Assembly: GCF_964204645.1 (NCBI RefSeq)
Contig: NC_134025.1
Location: 620,001-684,000, forward strand
Direction: 5' to 3'
Origin: Tubulanus polymorphus
Lineage: Eukaryota > Animalia > Nemertea
DNA: 64,000 nt
Both the position numbers and the translations under genes were made by a program. The notes beneath the pieces are model-generated. The model was not told the DNA's origin and did not search any database. It saw only the letters and a program-made list of their open reading frames with translations. This document shows positions 12,851-24,941 of the stretch, in pieces; position 1 is the stretch's first letter, and every line of letters begins with the position of its first letter.

Positions 12851-13536
12851 TTAGCTCAATGCAAAGATAATTTATGTCTTCTGTGTTTATTACTAATATT
12901 TATTAATTTACGATAATTTCTTCTTAAAAAGCGTAAATGATAAGTTTGTATGATGTTTTCTGTAATAGGTGTTATCAGTGGTTTAATTTATTCATGATTT
13001 TATATAGCTGAATGCTGTAGATATAAACTCTGTCTGCTGTCTGTCAGTCAGTCAGTCTGTCTGGCGTTTAGTTAAATTATCTCTGTAGATTTAATAAGTT
13101 TCCAAAAAAGAACAATTTGCTGAAATGCAAATATGATAAAATAAAAGAAAAGCAATAAAGCAATGCTTCTCGCGTTGTAAGGGATATTTTCCCCTCTCCC
13201 CTCATATGTACATAGGGTCAAGCGGCCGATGTAACACACTTTATGGATGGCCCCTTTGTCTTTTATTTCAATTGAGAAAGAAAAAAAACTAAATTATTTT
13301 CGTAACTTGAAGAAAAATCCATCCATTGCAGCTAACATAATTCACGAATATTTGGCAGTTATTTCGATTCATGTAAAACAATGCGTTTCATTTGGTAGCT
13401 AAAGTAAAGTGTGATGGATGATACTGATAACTGGTATAAGTCGTGATCTGATCGCTCTGGTGTTAGATAGATCCGTGCCTGTTTGACATAGGCCACATTT
13501 GGGCAAGTTATCGCTAGAAAATGCTAACTGTTTCTG

Positions 13537-13645
13537 GGGCCCAATTTCACAAAAAGGATTAAGGCCTAAATCGATTTAAGATAAACTGAATTAATGAAGA
13601 AATTAAATCGATTTAAGAGTTAAACCTGTTTGTGAAACTGGGCCC
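13537..13645. mobile_element. MITE family B (Harbinger/Tourist-like); copies at ~21449-21568 and ~57234-57342
   Basis: TIRs gggcccaatttcacaaa ... tttgtgaaactgggccc, CTG flanks, shared internal aatcgatttaagataaactgaatt. Confidence 0.8.
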
Positions 13646-14360
13646 TGACTTCTCTCCTCACTTGCCACAGTAGTTTTGATAGTATTTTAGTAGAGTGGGT
13701 GTTTTCTATGTGAACACTCGGACTAAAGTTGACTCAGGTCAGGTGCGGCCAGTCTGACCCGGGCCAAATCAATCTCTGCGTGATCGCGGCTATAATCTTT
13801 GAAATTGTTACAGTTTAAGTATCAATAACTCAGGCTAAACTAAACTACACTACACTGTTATTAGGAGCAGATCTGATAATATTTAGTGCAGATTTAAAGT
13901 TTGTTATTGATAGAAACGAAGAGAAAGTTATTATTATATTGAGTCTATAAAGGTATATAGCAGAGTTTAATATTGTGATCTAGAGAGTAAACTGACAACA
14001 GTTCAGTCAGTTATAGATCGTTAAACTCTGTACTTCCGGGATTTCTGTTGTAAAAAGATTTGAAGAACACTATTTTACTGATGTCGGTTATATGTGTATA
14101 ATATTATATGAAAGTAAGTTATATCTCAATTATTGTAAATTGTATCGAATATATTTGATATTTATATGTGTACAAACATACAAAAATACAGTCGCACAAT
14201 CTGCAGCCCTTCGATTAGAAATATCTCTGGTGAAGTGCGGGAACTGATACGAAACATGGATGATCAGTTTTGAAAGTTCGCTAGTTGTTTTAGAAATGTG
14301 TTTGATGAAGTATGAAATAGCTGCAGATTGAAACTGTATGAAATGATCGGAGAGATTTAA

Positions 14361-14624
14361 CCCTTTCAGTGCTGACTAATCAATACCCTATAGTGCTGGA
14401 CGTAATTTGAAAATTTAGAAAAATTCCACCCTAGTGTGTTGAATAACGGGAATACCACTGTAGTGCGTCTACACCGCGGTGCAGTGTATCGTTAGTTACT
14501 AGTATTTCACTATGTTTGACAGGTGATGCCATCTTTCAATAGAGATAAAACTTATTACATCAATACACCGCAGCGCGGTGTACTAGTAAAATCCATCACC
14601 GATTCATACACCGCATTGCAAGGG
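14361..14624. mobile_element. Non-autonomous piggyBac-type element
   Basis: TTAA target duplication at 14357-14360 and 14625-14628; termini CCCTT...AAGGG with 14-bp imperfect TIRs. Confidence 0.85.
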
Positions 14625-17600
14625 TTAATGATGTTTTCGGGTATGTTTGAACCTATATAACTATGTGTAATGTACTGTACTGTAATGTTAGTGATGTTAT
14701 TAATCTAACTCTAGTTATTGCTATTGTTGTTTGTGTGTGAATGAAACTCTAGTTTTTGCCGTTTTGTGAATCATATCATAAAATAATCTCAAACGTGTTT
14801 TTTGCATTCCAAATTTTTATCTCCGGTTTGAATTCTGAACGTGGCTTCCTCGGGAATTTTCATGCATTCTGTCTGTCGTTTTAAATAGTTTTCTCGTGAC
14901 TTGGGTTTGAAATAATTCGACTGTTCGCATTTAGAATTATAGATATTGTTATGTATGCCAGTTGTGTCACTAGGGGGCAGCGTCGTTCGACCTCAATTTT
15001 ACGAATTTTGCTCAAATTCATGTTCATTTGTTAGTGTAACACTGCGTAGCTTAATGAAACATGAAACGCTTGCAGCAACAGATTTCACTAAGTTTCCTGT
15101 TTTTTGTGGCTTGTTATGTGGTTCTCTGTAACTCTGTCTTGTGCACAAATTTTTTATAAAAAAAAGAATTTTTAACATCGTACAAAGTACAGAAACAGAG
15201 ACTGTTTAAAAAAAAACATGTAAAACTAGTTTATTTTTCAAGCGAAACAGAAAATAATTTTTGTAAGAAGTTAGCGTGGAATGTGACGCCACCTGGTGGA
15301 CAAATGTGTAAACAATGCATAATCTCTATAAATACATCACCTGCATGTCACTAGTGGAAACAAACTGGCATTAATTTAAACCCTGATTAACTATGATTAA
15401 TGATTGATTATATGTTGAGTATTTGACTAACTCGGTGTAGTTTTACTAGTCATAAATTACTTAAAAACAAGTTTTAAAACTGTATTAGAAAAAAGCGTGT
15501 TGCACGAGAAACGGAGAGAATGTGGTTTATATTATAATATTGTATGTTGTACGTTAATCGGCCCAATTTTAAATTCATTCTCAATTCTTGTTGATGTCTT
15601 AACTATGAATTCATGAGACCCGTGATTTGAAGAAACCCTGACCCGTGATTTAGAGAAACCCTGACCCGTGATTTAGAGAAACTCAGATCTGTGATTCGAG
15701 AACCAAAATTCTATTGAATTTGGTGGAACCAAGTTGTACTGTGATTCTGGATTCAGTTCCACGGTTGTGAGTTTGAGCTAACATTTAATTAGTTCATTTT
15801 CAATATTTTAACTCCAAATCGAATCCTAACTGTGAACTGTAATACCGGGCAGAGACCCCACAATTCTAAAGCTAATAAACTCTTTTTCCGATTCTGTATC
15901 TGTAGAATTTGATAGTAACTGGGTTTCGTGTGAAGCCGGTCTGTTTTGCGTCGGGTTTCAAACTCATGTTAAGAACTTGTGTCGACATGAATTGTAAAAC
16001 GTGTTAGGGGTAGATGATTTTTACTCAGTAGAAACTGTAGTTAATTCTATGAATATTGTATGAATATGAAATGAATGAAACTAAAAAAGGAAAATCTATT
16101 TATGAAAAACAAACAAACTTTATACAAAAACCAACTATTAGAGGTATGAAGTTCGTAATTTTTCCTATAGATGGCGTGTTATATCCAGTGGGTTTTTGTT
16201 CGGTGATTTGAATGTAATATTTGTTGAGTGTTCGGTATTTACAGATGACCCACACCTGCCAGGGCTAGAACCGGCATTCATTAAACAACTGATCCCAAAT
16301 AATGGTATTATATATGATACTCTATGTGTAACAATGTGTGGAGGACAATCTTTCAATAACTGCTATGCATTTTAAGCTGTAAGATACAGATCTGATTTAA
16401 CACCGAGAGTTTAGGCAGATTTTCTGGTATCCATATAGTTTTATTATGATCAAAACGACGTTTAAAAGTTTAAAATAACCGACAACTCAACTGTCAACTG
16501 TGTTGCGAGTTACTGAGAAGATTTATGCATTTGTAGCTGAAATTTAAACAGATGAGTTTAAAATACACAACGAATATGAATTCAATCTCCTATCACTCAT
16601 CTCAGGTATCAATTCATTTGTTTTTTAACTGTTGTATGAATTATTGTAATGATGATGTTTGTAGTAAGTATAGCCTGAGGCCTGTTTTTACAGTGTCTCA
16701 GTAGTTGAGGCCTGTTTGAATGGTTATAGAACAGTGTGTTTGTTTGTAAGCGCAGGAATGATAAAAATGCTGTTTCCTAATAGTTATTTTATGTCATATT
16801 ATTATTATTATTATTTATGGGCCATTTTTGTGTTGCCAAATAAATATCGTCTCATGAATTCATTGTATTCAGAGTTTATTTTTTGAGTTGATCTGAGAAG
16901 ATTTGGTCTCAAATTGTCAGGTGTTCGGTGGTAGTGAAGTTCTGATATCTGGATGATCAAAAACTGAAAGAATGGTGTGGGAGTTTAGAGTTTCCAGGCT
17001 CGAAGGACGCTGTAACTGTAGGGACTAAGTTGATGGAGAGAGGCCCACAGATTCGGGCTCAGAGATGTGCAGCGTCCATGCTGTGACATCGAGCGTACAA
17101 CCTCGTAAACGATCGGCTCGTTTACAGCTGTGACGGGCTGATTGTGACTATTAACACCTGCCTGCAATCGATACACTGATTGCGGTCCAGATTCCACTGA
17201 ATATGGTTCTGATTGTCTAATACTTCACAGAGTTACTTTTAATCTCAATCATTCGGATTCGTGATAACTGGGCCCTCGGTACAGTTTAAGCTGACCATGA
17301 AGTTAGCGATAATAGCGTGAAACTGGATCATCACGAATAAGATGTCCCCCGCCCTTAAATAGTTTTATCTGGCCATGGACGACAGTTTGAAATATGACCG
17401 CTCCACGAAAATATCTGGAATGATATACTGGTACGACCAGTAATCGAGGTTTATGAAGAGAGGGAGGAGGAGTGGTCTCTCCTCGGAGGTGTCCACCGAT
17501 AGCTCAGCCGGAATCAGGTTTCTTCTCCAAATTTGAAATATTAGATTTTCCCATTGGACATTACTTTTTTGACTACACAAAGCCGTTACCTTCAAATAAT

Positions 17601-17810
17601 AACCCACTCCAACACGAGTTCTATCGACCCCCGGTGGCCCTTAACAGAAGATGTTTCAAGGAATTAAAGATGATAAGAACAGGTCAGGTCAAGGGCGACC
17701 CGGCCCTATCGGCCAAAAGTTTGGAGGGTCCTTTTTAGGCTACAAAATAAAAAAATTGTAAAAAAATGGTGGACTGACTGTTTCTATTCACGTAAAATTA
17801 TAAACATCAG

Positions 17811-17899
17811 GGGCCGGACTGGTATTAACTTTAACCCGGGGGCTAACTTAATTCATTTTCAATTGAGTTAACCCCCGGGTTAAAGATGATACCAGTCTA
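17811..17899. mobile_element. Short palindromic MITE related to family A
   Basis: gactggtattaactttaacccggggg ... cccccgggttaaagatgataccagtc inverted arms around the family-A core ttcattttcaat. Confidence 0.6.
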
Positions 17900-18522
17900 C
17901 AAAACCTAATTTCTTCTGGTTCAGTTGACACCAATATTACACATGTATATATATATATATATAGTTATTCAGAAATCAACGTAATAAAACCTTAAAACCA
18001 CATTTTTCTCTTTATGCGGCTGGTGACTATAAGATAAGTCCTGAATGAAAATGGAATCTACTCGTAGGAGGCAGATCTACCTATAGGCTGAAAACGCAGC
18101 GAAAAACGTTGCAAATTTCGCTAGAAGTTGCTTTATAAAAGCGTGTACATATATGCTAAATTAAGAGAGAGAGTTTGTATGAAGGAAACTACAAGAGCTG
18201 TCGGTGGCTCTGTAGGAGAAATCCTTGGATGTGTGAAAGGAATAAAAAGTATATGGAATGGATGTGTGTGCGTGGTGTGGGTCGCTAGTAATATGAGAAA
18301 TGTCAGGAATAGATAGAGATCCATAACACGAGTATAAAATGACCAAACATTTTAATATTTGTCTCATGGGTAGTATTGGTAGGTATTGTTTTAGCGGTCT
18401 GTGCGTCGTCAAGTAGACCAGGCTGCTTCCTACTCGAGGATCCGGTGAAGATCACCTGCACACCGACCGCCGCTACAAACTTCAAAACTAACTCCCCCGT
18501 TATTTCGGTATCAAGTAATGAA

Positions 18523-18610
18523 AATGACGTAACGGGTAGAATTCAAGGCGGAGGTTTAACCGGGGTCTGATTACCCCCACCGCAACAAGCCCTCACTTAT
18601 CTATAAATAT
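18523..18610 (+). promoter_or_regulatory. Putative core promoter of the insulin-like peptide gene (CRE-like atgacgtaa and TATA box tataaat)
   Basis: TATA box ~70 nt upstream of the first coding ATG (18673). Confidence 0.5.
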
Positions 18611-18672
18611 CAACATCAAACTGGACAAAATGGAATATTGAAGTTTAACTCCGGGTAGTGGAAACTTGTCTA

Positions 18673-21600
18673 ATGATGTCACCAGGCTGCTGGAAGTTGT
18701 TTCTTTCGAAAATCTGGTAAGTTTTTGAAACATCCGGATCCAGTTTCACAGTTTAGAATTATAGATTTAGCTCGTTAAAAAAATTAACTGATTCTAAACT
18801 CTCAAACTGTGGAACTTAGATCCACAGTTTGGTTATTTCGATTTGGAAAATACTTAACGAATATATCTCATACATCTTCGACATAGACATTCGTGTTTTC
18901 AATTCGAGCTTAACCGCTTTAAACTTAAACATTTTCATGAAACAGAGATGTCTGAATTTACTAGTAAGACATAAGTTTCGAAAAGTACGTTTAGTTTGCG
19001 CCGATCTGACAGAATGCTGGCACGTGCTTGAATCTACATTCGGATTTAATTTTAACATCGACAATTTCTAAAATAAGTTCAACCGCATAAATTTACATTC
19101 GAACTGGTAATTAATCGAGTTAATCCGATATCAATTATAAAACTGATCAATACGCGCATGCGTTGTTGAAGCGATGTTGATGTTGTAGTTTGGACAATCA
19201 GCTCATTCGTTATTTTAAACTCGATATGATAAAATGTTAAGTTACTGGTGAATAGGTAAATATCAGCAGGGCTTGCTTGGGATTGATGGTACAGTTTTGT
19301 CAGGTAAACTCAATCATTATTTCATCTTAATCATACTGATATATAGTGCTAATATGAAAGGGATGCGTATACCAGAAAATTACAGTTTTTTTCGATTAAA
19401 CTGTGAAAGAAAACTGTAATTTTCTGTGACATGTCTAATATTCTTATTTCACAAACTTTTCATCAAAGTTGTTATTTTTCCATTTTCCATTTTCGACTTC
19501 TAAACACTCAAAGTGTTTATCAAATTCAGCCAAGTTTGAAACTAGTTTTAGCAAGAATCGCGTAGAGTCTTCATCTATACAGGCTATAACCGCTGGACCT
19601 GGATCTACATAGGCCAATAGGAAGTGTGGGCCAAATAGGAAGAGGGGCATTTCTTGGACAAAGCAGCCATGACTGAACAATGGGGCTCAATCGCTGCTAG
19701 GAATCATTGAAATACATGCGAAAATATACACTTTATGAGAGGATGAATCGGTCACGTTTAAAGCTTTCTATCTTGACACAAAAGGAGGAATCTCCAATCC
19801 CTTAGATCCACCACATCATGAAACGAATTGTTTTGTTATATTTACAGTATGTACGCCAGTATATCAACGATCATTCTACTGTTAGTTACAGTAGAAGCTG
19901 AGAGATTATGCGGTAAACAGTTAGCCGATGTTTTAGATTTAATTTGTCATGATCGTGGATTTCATTGGGACGTCAGCAAAAAAGGTAAATTATTGCTTTA
20001 ACTAGCTTGCGTTATATATACCGGCATGTTTTAGTGTAGGAATTAGAAAAGTTACTAAAACTAAATTAAAAACTATTATCAATGACGATGTGGGCTGGTA
20101 AACCACGCTCTTCACTTCTGGACCAAGAGCGAAGCGCTGCAGGACTGCGTGACGTTTCGACGCGTTGATATAAAGAGAATTCCACAATAATAACGGAGAA
20201 ATATTTAGTCCGAAATGTTTCATTCAGCTAATTTAAAACTCAAAGAAACATTTTCGGACTTTACATCGTTATTATTGTGGGATTTTCTTTATATAAAAAA
20301 AAGCGGATATATTATCATTGGTTCAAAGAATACAGAATCTGAATCTGAATACAGAATCTGAATTTTGAATTTAAATTTGAAATTCTGGGTCCAGTTCCAC
20401 AGTTCGGAGTTAAGATTTGACCCTGAGTTAACTCATTGAAAATGAACTAATTTTAACTCCGAGTTAACTCTAACTCACAACTATGGAACTGGGTCCAGAA
20501 TGTTAAAATTCGGAGTTTCTATCATATACGTAACTATTTCGATCTTTTGGTGTTTTTGATTGCGGGACGCTAGTGTCAACAGTGCGACCTTTGTTAAACT
20601 TTGATATTTCTAATTTAGTCAAATTCCAATCGATTGATGTTGAAAAAATCTAGAAATAAGCAATGATTTGTGGTAAAATGTAACTGAATGGTTGTACAGA
20701 TGTAACCGTTATATTCAAATTTTGAATGGTTGTAACCGATTCGATTGAACTTTCCACCCGATTAATGACGTCATCCATTCATTCATACGATACCGTATTG
20801 AATTGAATGACTCGATGATTTAAATATATTTGTAGACTTTTACGCGACCCGACATCTGTAAATTATTGGCTACACCCAACATACATAAATCCGTTAAATC
20901 AGTTGATTTACCAAACGACAACAAATTCAAACGAAGCCAATTAATTATATAAGCGCTTGCGGATATGACGTCATATATAGACCATTGGCATTTCGGAGAT
21001 TTGCACAAAAATAACATAATATGATAGTCCTATATATAGGCCTATATAAAGATGGTTTAGTAATTACAGGCGCGGATCCAGGATTTTTTCAAGGAGGGGT
21101 TCATAAAGAATGTTTATGTTAAACCGCTGACTAAAATCTCTGATAGGGGGCCAATACGGCATATTGTTTGGCCAAACATAAGACGTTATGTTACCGATTA
21201 TGCAGAAGTACTGTCCGCCCGATTTGCCTTGAGCATATACATTCCTTCAAGATAACGATTTAAACATTTAAAACATTTTTGGTAGCTGAGCCCCCCCCCC
21301 CTGGATCCGCGCCTGAATTAGAAGAATTATAGAAATAGAAACAAATGTAGGATTTCGATCTATTCATCCATACTGCTATTTGCGTATGGATTATGATTCA
21401 TTAACAAAATGGTTGTAATGATTCATGAATTATCGTTTTCTAAGCTCCGGGTTCAGTTTCACAAAAAAAGATTAACTCTTCAATCGATTTAAGATGAATT
21501 AACTGAATTCATGGAGATTGAAAATCTGTTTAAAGGGTTAAATAAACCTTTTTGTGAATCTGGACCCAGAGGTGAATATAAAAAAGATAACTCTATCTAC

Positions 21601-23288
21601 TTAATCGTTGTAATTTTTCATTTTTGATCTTAAAATAGGGATTCATCCTTTTTATTTATTTAATTTCGTTTGATTTTAGTTTTTATTTGGTGTTCCTCGC
21701 AAACCCGTCACACCTGTCGGGAGCGAAACAGGTGGTTTTATTTTTATTTTTTGTTGTCATACTCTCTTCTTTTGAAATGAAAGTTTTTTTTTGTTTATGA
21801 TTTATTTTAGTTTGTAAATGTGTTTTTATATATTTCTGTGTATTCCTGCAGCTAGTGCCCCTGCTGTAATCAGTAAACGCCAGGCTGCATCATTTCTAAC
21901 CCGGAGAAGAAGAAGTGTGGTCGATGAGTGCTGCTTAAACGCTTGTACTTATGAGGTTTTAGAATCATATTGTGCAAGTCCTGCAGATTACGATTATAAA
22001 CTACAGATCGAGGATATTTTACCCAGACGATTGACTTTAAACGTATGTATTCTACTTGTCGATGGTTATAGACATGCTGGGGCCCAGGGGGCAGTTGCAT
22101 AGTCGTGGCTTAGACTTAAGACCAGTCTAAGACCAACTTAGTTCTATAGCCAATCTAACAACTTAAGACCAGTCTTAAGATTTAAGACCACCTTTAGACT
22201 TAAGTCACGACTGTGCAACTGGGCCCTGGTCCACAGTCCTGAGTTAAATCTAAGTTAACTTATTGAAAACTATTCAAACTTTAAAAGCAAAATTTAGCCA
22301 ACAACTGAGGAACTGGCCATGGGTTCTATGAGTTTTCTAACAAATGTTTATAGTTCAGAATTAGTAGCAGCAAATTTGGAGGAAAGTTCCAAAAAATGAT
22401 GCATCTTCAGGGAATAACGCAAACGCTAGCCCAAATCATCCTGGACACAAAACTCAGATCATCTGTAACCCTAACCCTAGGTGATTCCTAACCCTAGAAG
22501 GGTTTCGAACCTGCGACCTCCAATATACCAGACAGGCATGCTAACCACTAAACCATAGACCGATATACATTGTCATAAGTCGTCAGTTTGTCCGGTCAGT
22601 GTGGTGACCATTTGTCTGTGGTGACCAGTCAGGTGACTGGTGACCAGTCAGTGTGGTGGTGACTATTGCAGTTTTTATCAGGCCCATTGCCTGGAATTTT
22701 GATTTAGAAAAGGCAATCCTTCCCAACAAAAAGGCGAGCATCTTTCATAAACAAATTATAAAAAAAGGTTGAGATGCCATCACGTATTTTACTGCTTCCT
22801 ATATTTCAATGAACGATCTCCGTGACTCGACAGAGTTCTTCTCTTGCCTACGCGAATACATTTGTGTTTTTTGCGTATAACTTTCGAATATTCATTTTCA
22901 CAAACATCTTGCCTTTCAAGAATCGTTTGTTCTTATTGTTTCAGAGAATGTTTTGTTCTTATTGTTTCAGAGTACCGGTAACTTGCCGTCGGCTCCTGAA
23001 TCCGGGTACCTTCCTACTCGATCTCCACCCCAACCATCCATGGAACAAAATCCACATTCGACATTCGGAGTAGATAAAAACCAGGACGCTTTCTTCTACG
23101 TGGGTAAAACGAAACCGACGAATAAAAAACGGAATCATGATAATGATGACAATGAAAGATTGCGTTTACTACAGAAATTGAATTTACTTAGAATTTTGAG
23201 GCAAGACGAGTTTCGTAGTAAACAAAAGGCAGAAGTAAAAAGTATATCCGAAATTCTAGATGCGCTTATAGCATCGCTTTTCAAATAG
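18673..23288 (+). CDS. Insulin/IGF-family prepropeptide with long D/E-domain extension (IGF-like)
   Basis: Exons 18673-18716, 19848-19984, 21852-22042, 22971-23288 splice in frame. Signal peptide MMSPGCWKLFLSKICMYASISTIILLLVTVEA, B chain ERLCGKQLADVLDLICHDRGF, short C region with KK/KR/RRRR, A chain SVVDECCLNACTYEVLESYC (CC-x3-C-x8-C), then a ~128-aa extension. Confidence 0.88.
20169..20294. repeat. Fold-back inverted repeat (MITE-like) in intron 2 of the insulin-like gene
   Basis: atataaagagaattccacaataataacg...agtccgaaatgtttc pairs with gaaacattttcggact...cgttattattgtgggattttctttatat. Confidence 0.75.
20388..20495. mobile_element. MITE family A (~108 bp, palindromic, Harbinger/Tourist-like)
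   Basis: TIR ggtccagttccacagtt / aactatggaactgggtc, CWG flanks. More than 10 copies in the window (e.g. 15749, 18736, 24206, 33175, 33796, 39751, 40532, 51203). Confidence 0.85.
21067..21315. mobile_element. Non-autonomous DNA transposon with CAGG termini
   Basis: Perfect 16-bp TIR caggcgcggatccagg / cctggatccgcgcctg; aatta on both flanks. Confidence 0.85.
22088..22225. mobile_element. MITE family C copy
   Basis: cagttgcatagtcgtggctta ... taagtcacgactgtgcaactg TIRs; inverted homologue of 10991-11116. Confidence 0.8.
22400..22560 (-). mobile_element. tRNA-derived SINE-like element with TTAGGG repeats directly after the B box
   Basis: Minus strand gtctatggtttagtggttagcatgcctgtctggtatattggaggtcgcaggttcgaaaccc (A and B boxes) followed by tagggttaggg twice. 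Confidence 0.6.
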
Positions 23289-24941
23289 AACAAATTCAAA
23301 ATTCATTTCACTTCAATCCTCTTTAGTTGATGATTAAACCTTTTTTCGAAATGTTATCTAAAAATAAAGTTGGTTAGTTATTATGAAATTAAACGATTAT
23401 AATTAATGATGTGATCGAAAAACATACTGTAAGATTTTACCGAAGCGAAAGAAATCTTCATCTAAACTGGATCTGCGGACCAAAACTGACACTTTGAGTT
23501 TCGAAATAAAAACCCATGTTTTCATTTATCACGCAATTTTCTTTAGTTTGTAAGTTGAAACTGTACTCAGAATAGTATACGTAAAATGATAATCCATTGT
23601 CCCAATTTGACATTTCACATGAGAGGGGATGATAAATGTCAACTGATTCCATCTCCGCTGAAATGGCATTGAAATAAACGCGCCTTTCATTGACCACCTG
23701 CGTCAATACGGCGTAAGACGATAGATTCGAATCCCACTTATCTATTTACATCGAGCGGCGCGTCATTGACTTGTAAAGTCATAATGGCTTTATTGAAGTA
23801 TATATATTGAACCAGATAGTGAACACGACAGGAGGGAGAACTGTCGAAATAACCAATGACAATTCTTTCACTAAAATGTTTTCACACAGATTTTAAAAAC
23901 ATCGCAAAATAATGCGAATACAATTCTGTTGTTTCTTGAATTATCGGCTAATTCGATCAATAATCACTGGTCGAAAAAGAGTCTCATGTACATCAGACAT
24001 GGGATACCCAAAGATTTTTCAGGCACTATGGCCTCCACTTGTGAAAATAAAAACAAACTAATAAAAACATACAAATATATTTAGTTTTATTTACAAGGTA
24101 TCATCAGGAGATTACAAATATATAATATATTCACATCTAACAAATGAATACATTTTAGGACACTTTCACTTCACAACACTTAACATACATGTTTAACAGG
24201 ATACAGGACCCAGTTCCAGAGTTCTGTGCTAAGAGTTAACCAATTGAAAATCAACTAGTTTTATTTCTGAGTTAACTCACAACTGTGGAACTGGATCCAG
24301 ATCCACAGTTCTGAGTTAAAATCTTACCTATACATCTTAACTACAAACTAGCAAAATCATAATAATGTTATTGAAGTCGCTGAACTAGTTTTTGATTCCT
24401 AATCTATATTTCCAATTCATCTGAATGTGTGTAAGTCATCATTTCTATGATAAGTCATCAACTTAGTGATTGTCACAAATGCAATGACTTTGGCAAGTTT
24501 GACTGTGTACATGATGAGACCTGATTTTAAGAGTATCTCTCAGAACTGCGGAACCAGATTCTAGACATTCCTGTTATCAATGTTGAAATAATTCTCAGCT
24601 ACAGCTCACTACACAGATTAGAGGATTCACACCAGAACATTTCATTATCCAAAAATACATTAATAAAAAACTGAGATATTTCAGAGACAAACTGCGTAGA
24701 GTCATGTTATAATATATAATATCACAATAACATGGAAAAACGAGTGTGAAATGTTTCCTTGAGGAATATCATATTCGGTATTCCTCAAGGTGTATATAGT
24801 AAACAAAGATGACTATTAGGAGACAGTTGGAACACTGAGTCTATAAACTAATATCAGCTAAAAGAAACATTTCAGACTCTTTTCATTTTAAGTGAGGGAT
24901 TTTATATCATATTTACGACACAGACTCTCAGTGAGTGACTA

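Noticed and set aside
12668-12916. Acidic poly-Asp ORF
   Set aside because: Produced by a (GAT)n microsatellite; no splice or homology support.
18352-18570. Signal-peptide-like ORF LIFVSWVVLVGIVLAVCASSSRPGC...
   Set aside because: No in-frame ATG (TGA at 18340), no clear acceptor, and it lies in the ILP promoter region.
22500-22560. tRNA-like sequence on the minus strand
   Set aside because: Acceptor and anticodon stems do not pair properly and it runs into a repeat body; treated as a SINE head, not a tRNA gene.
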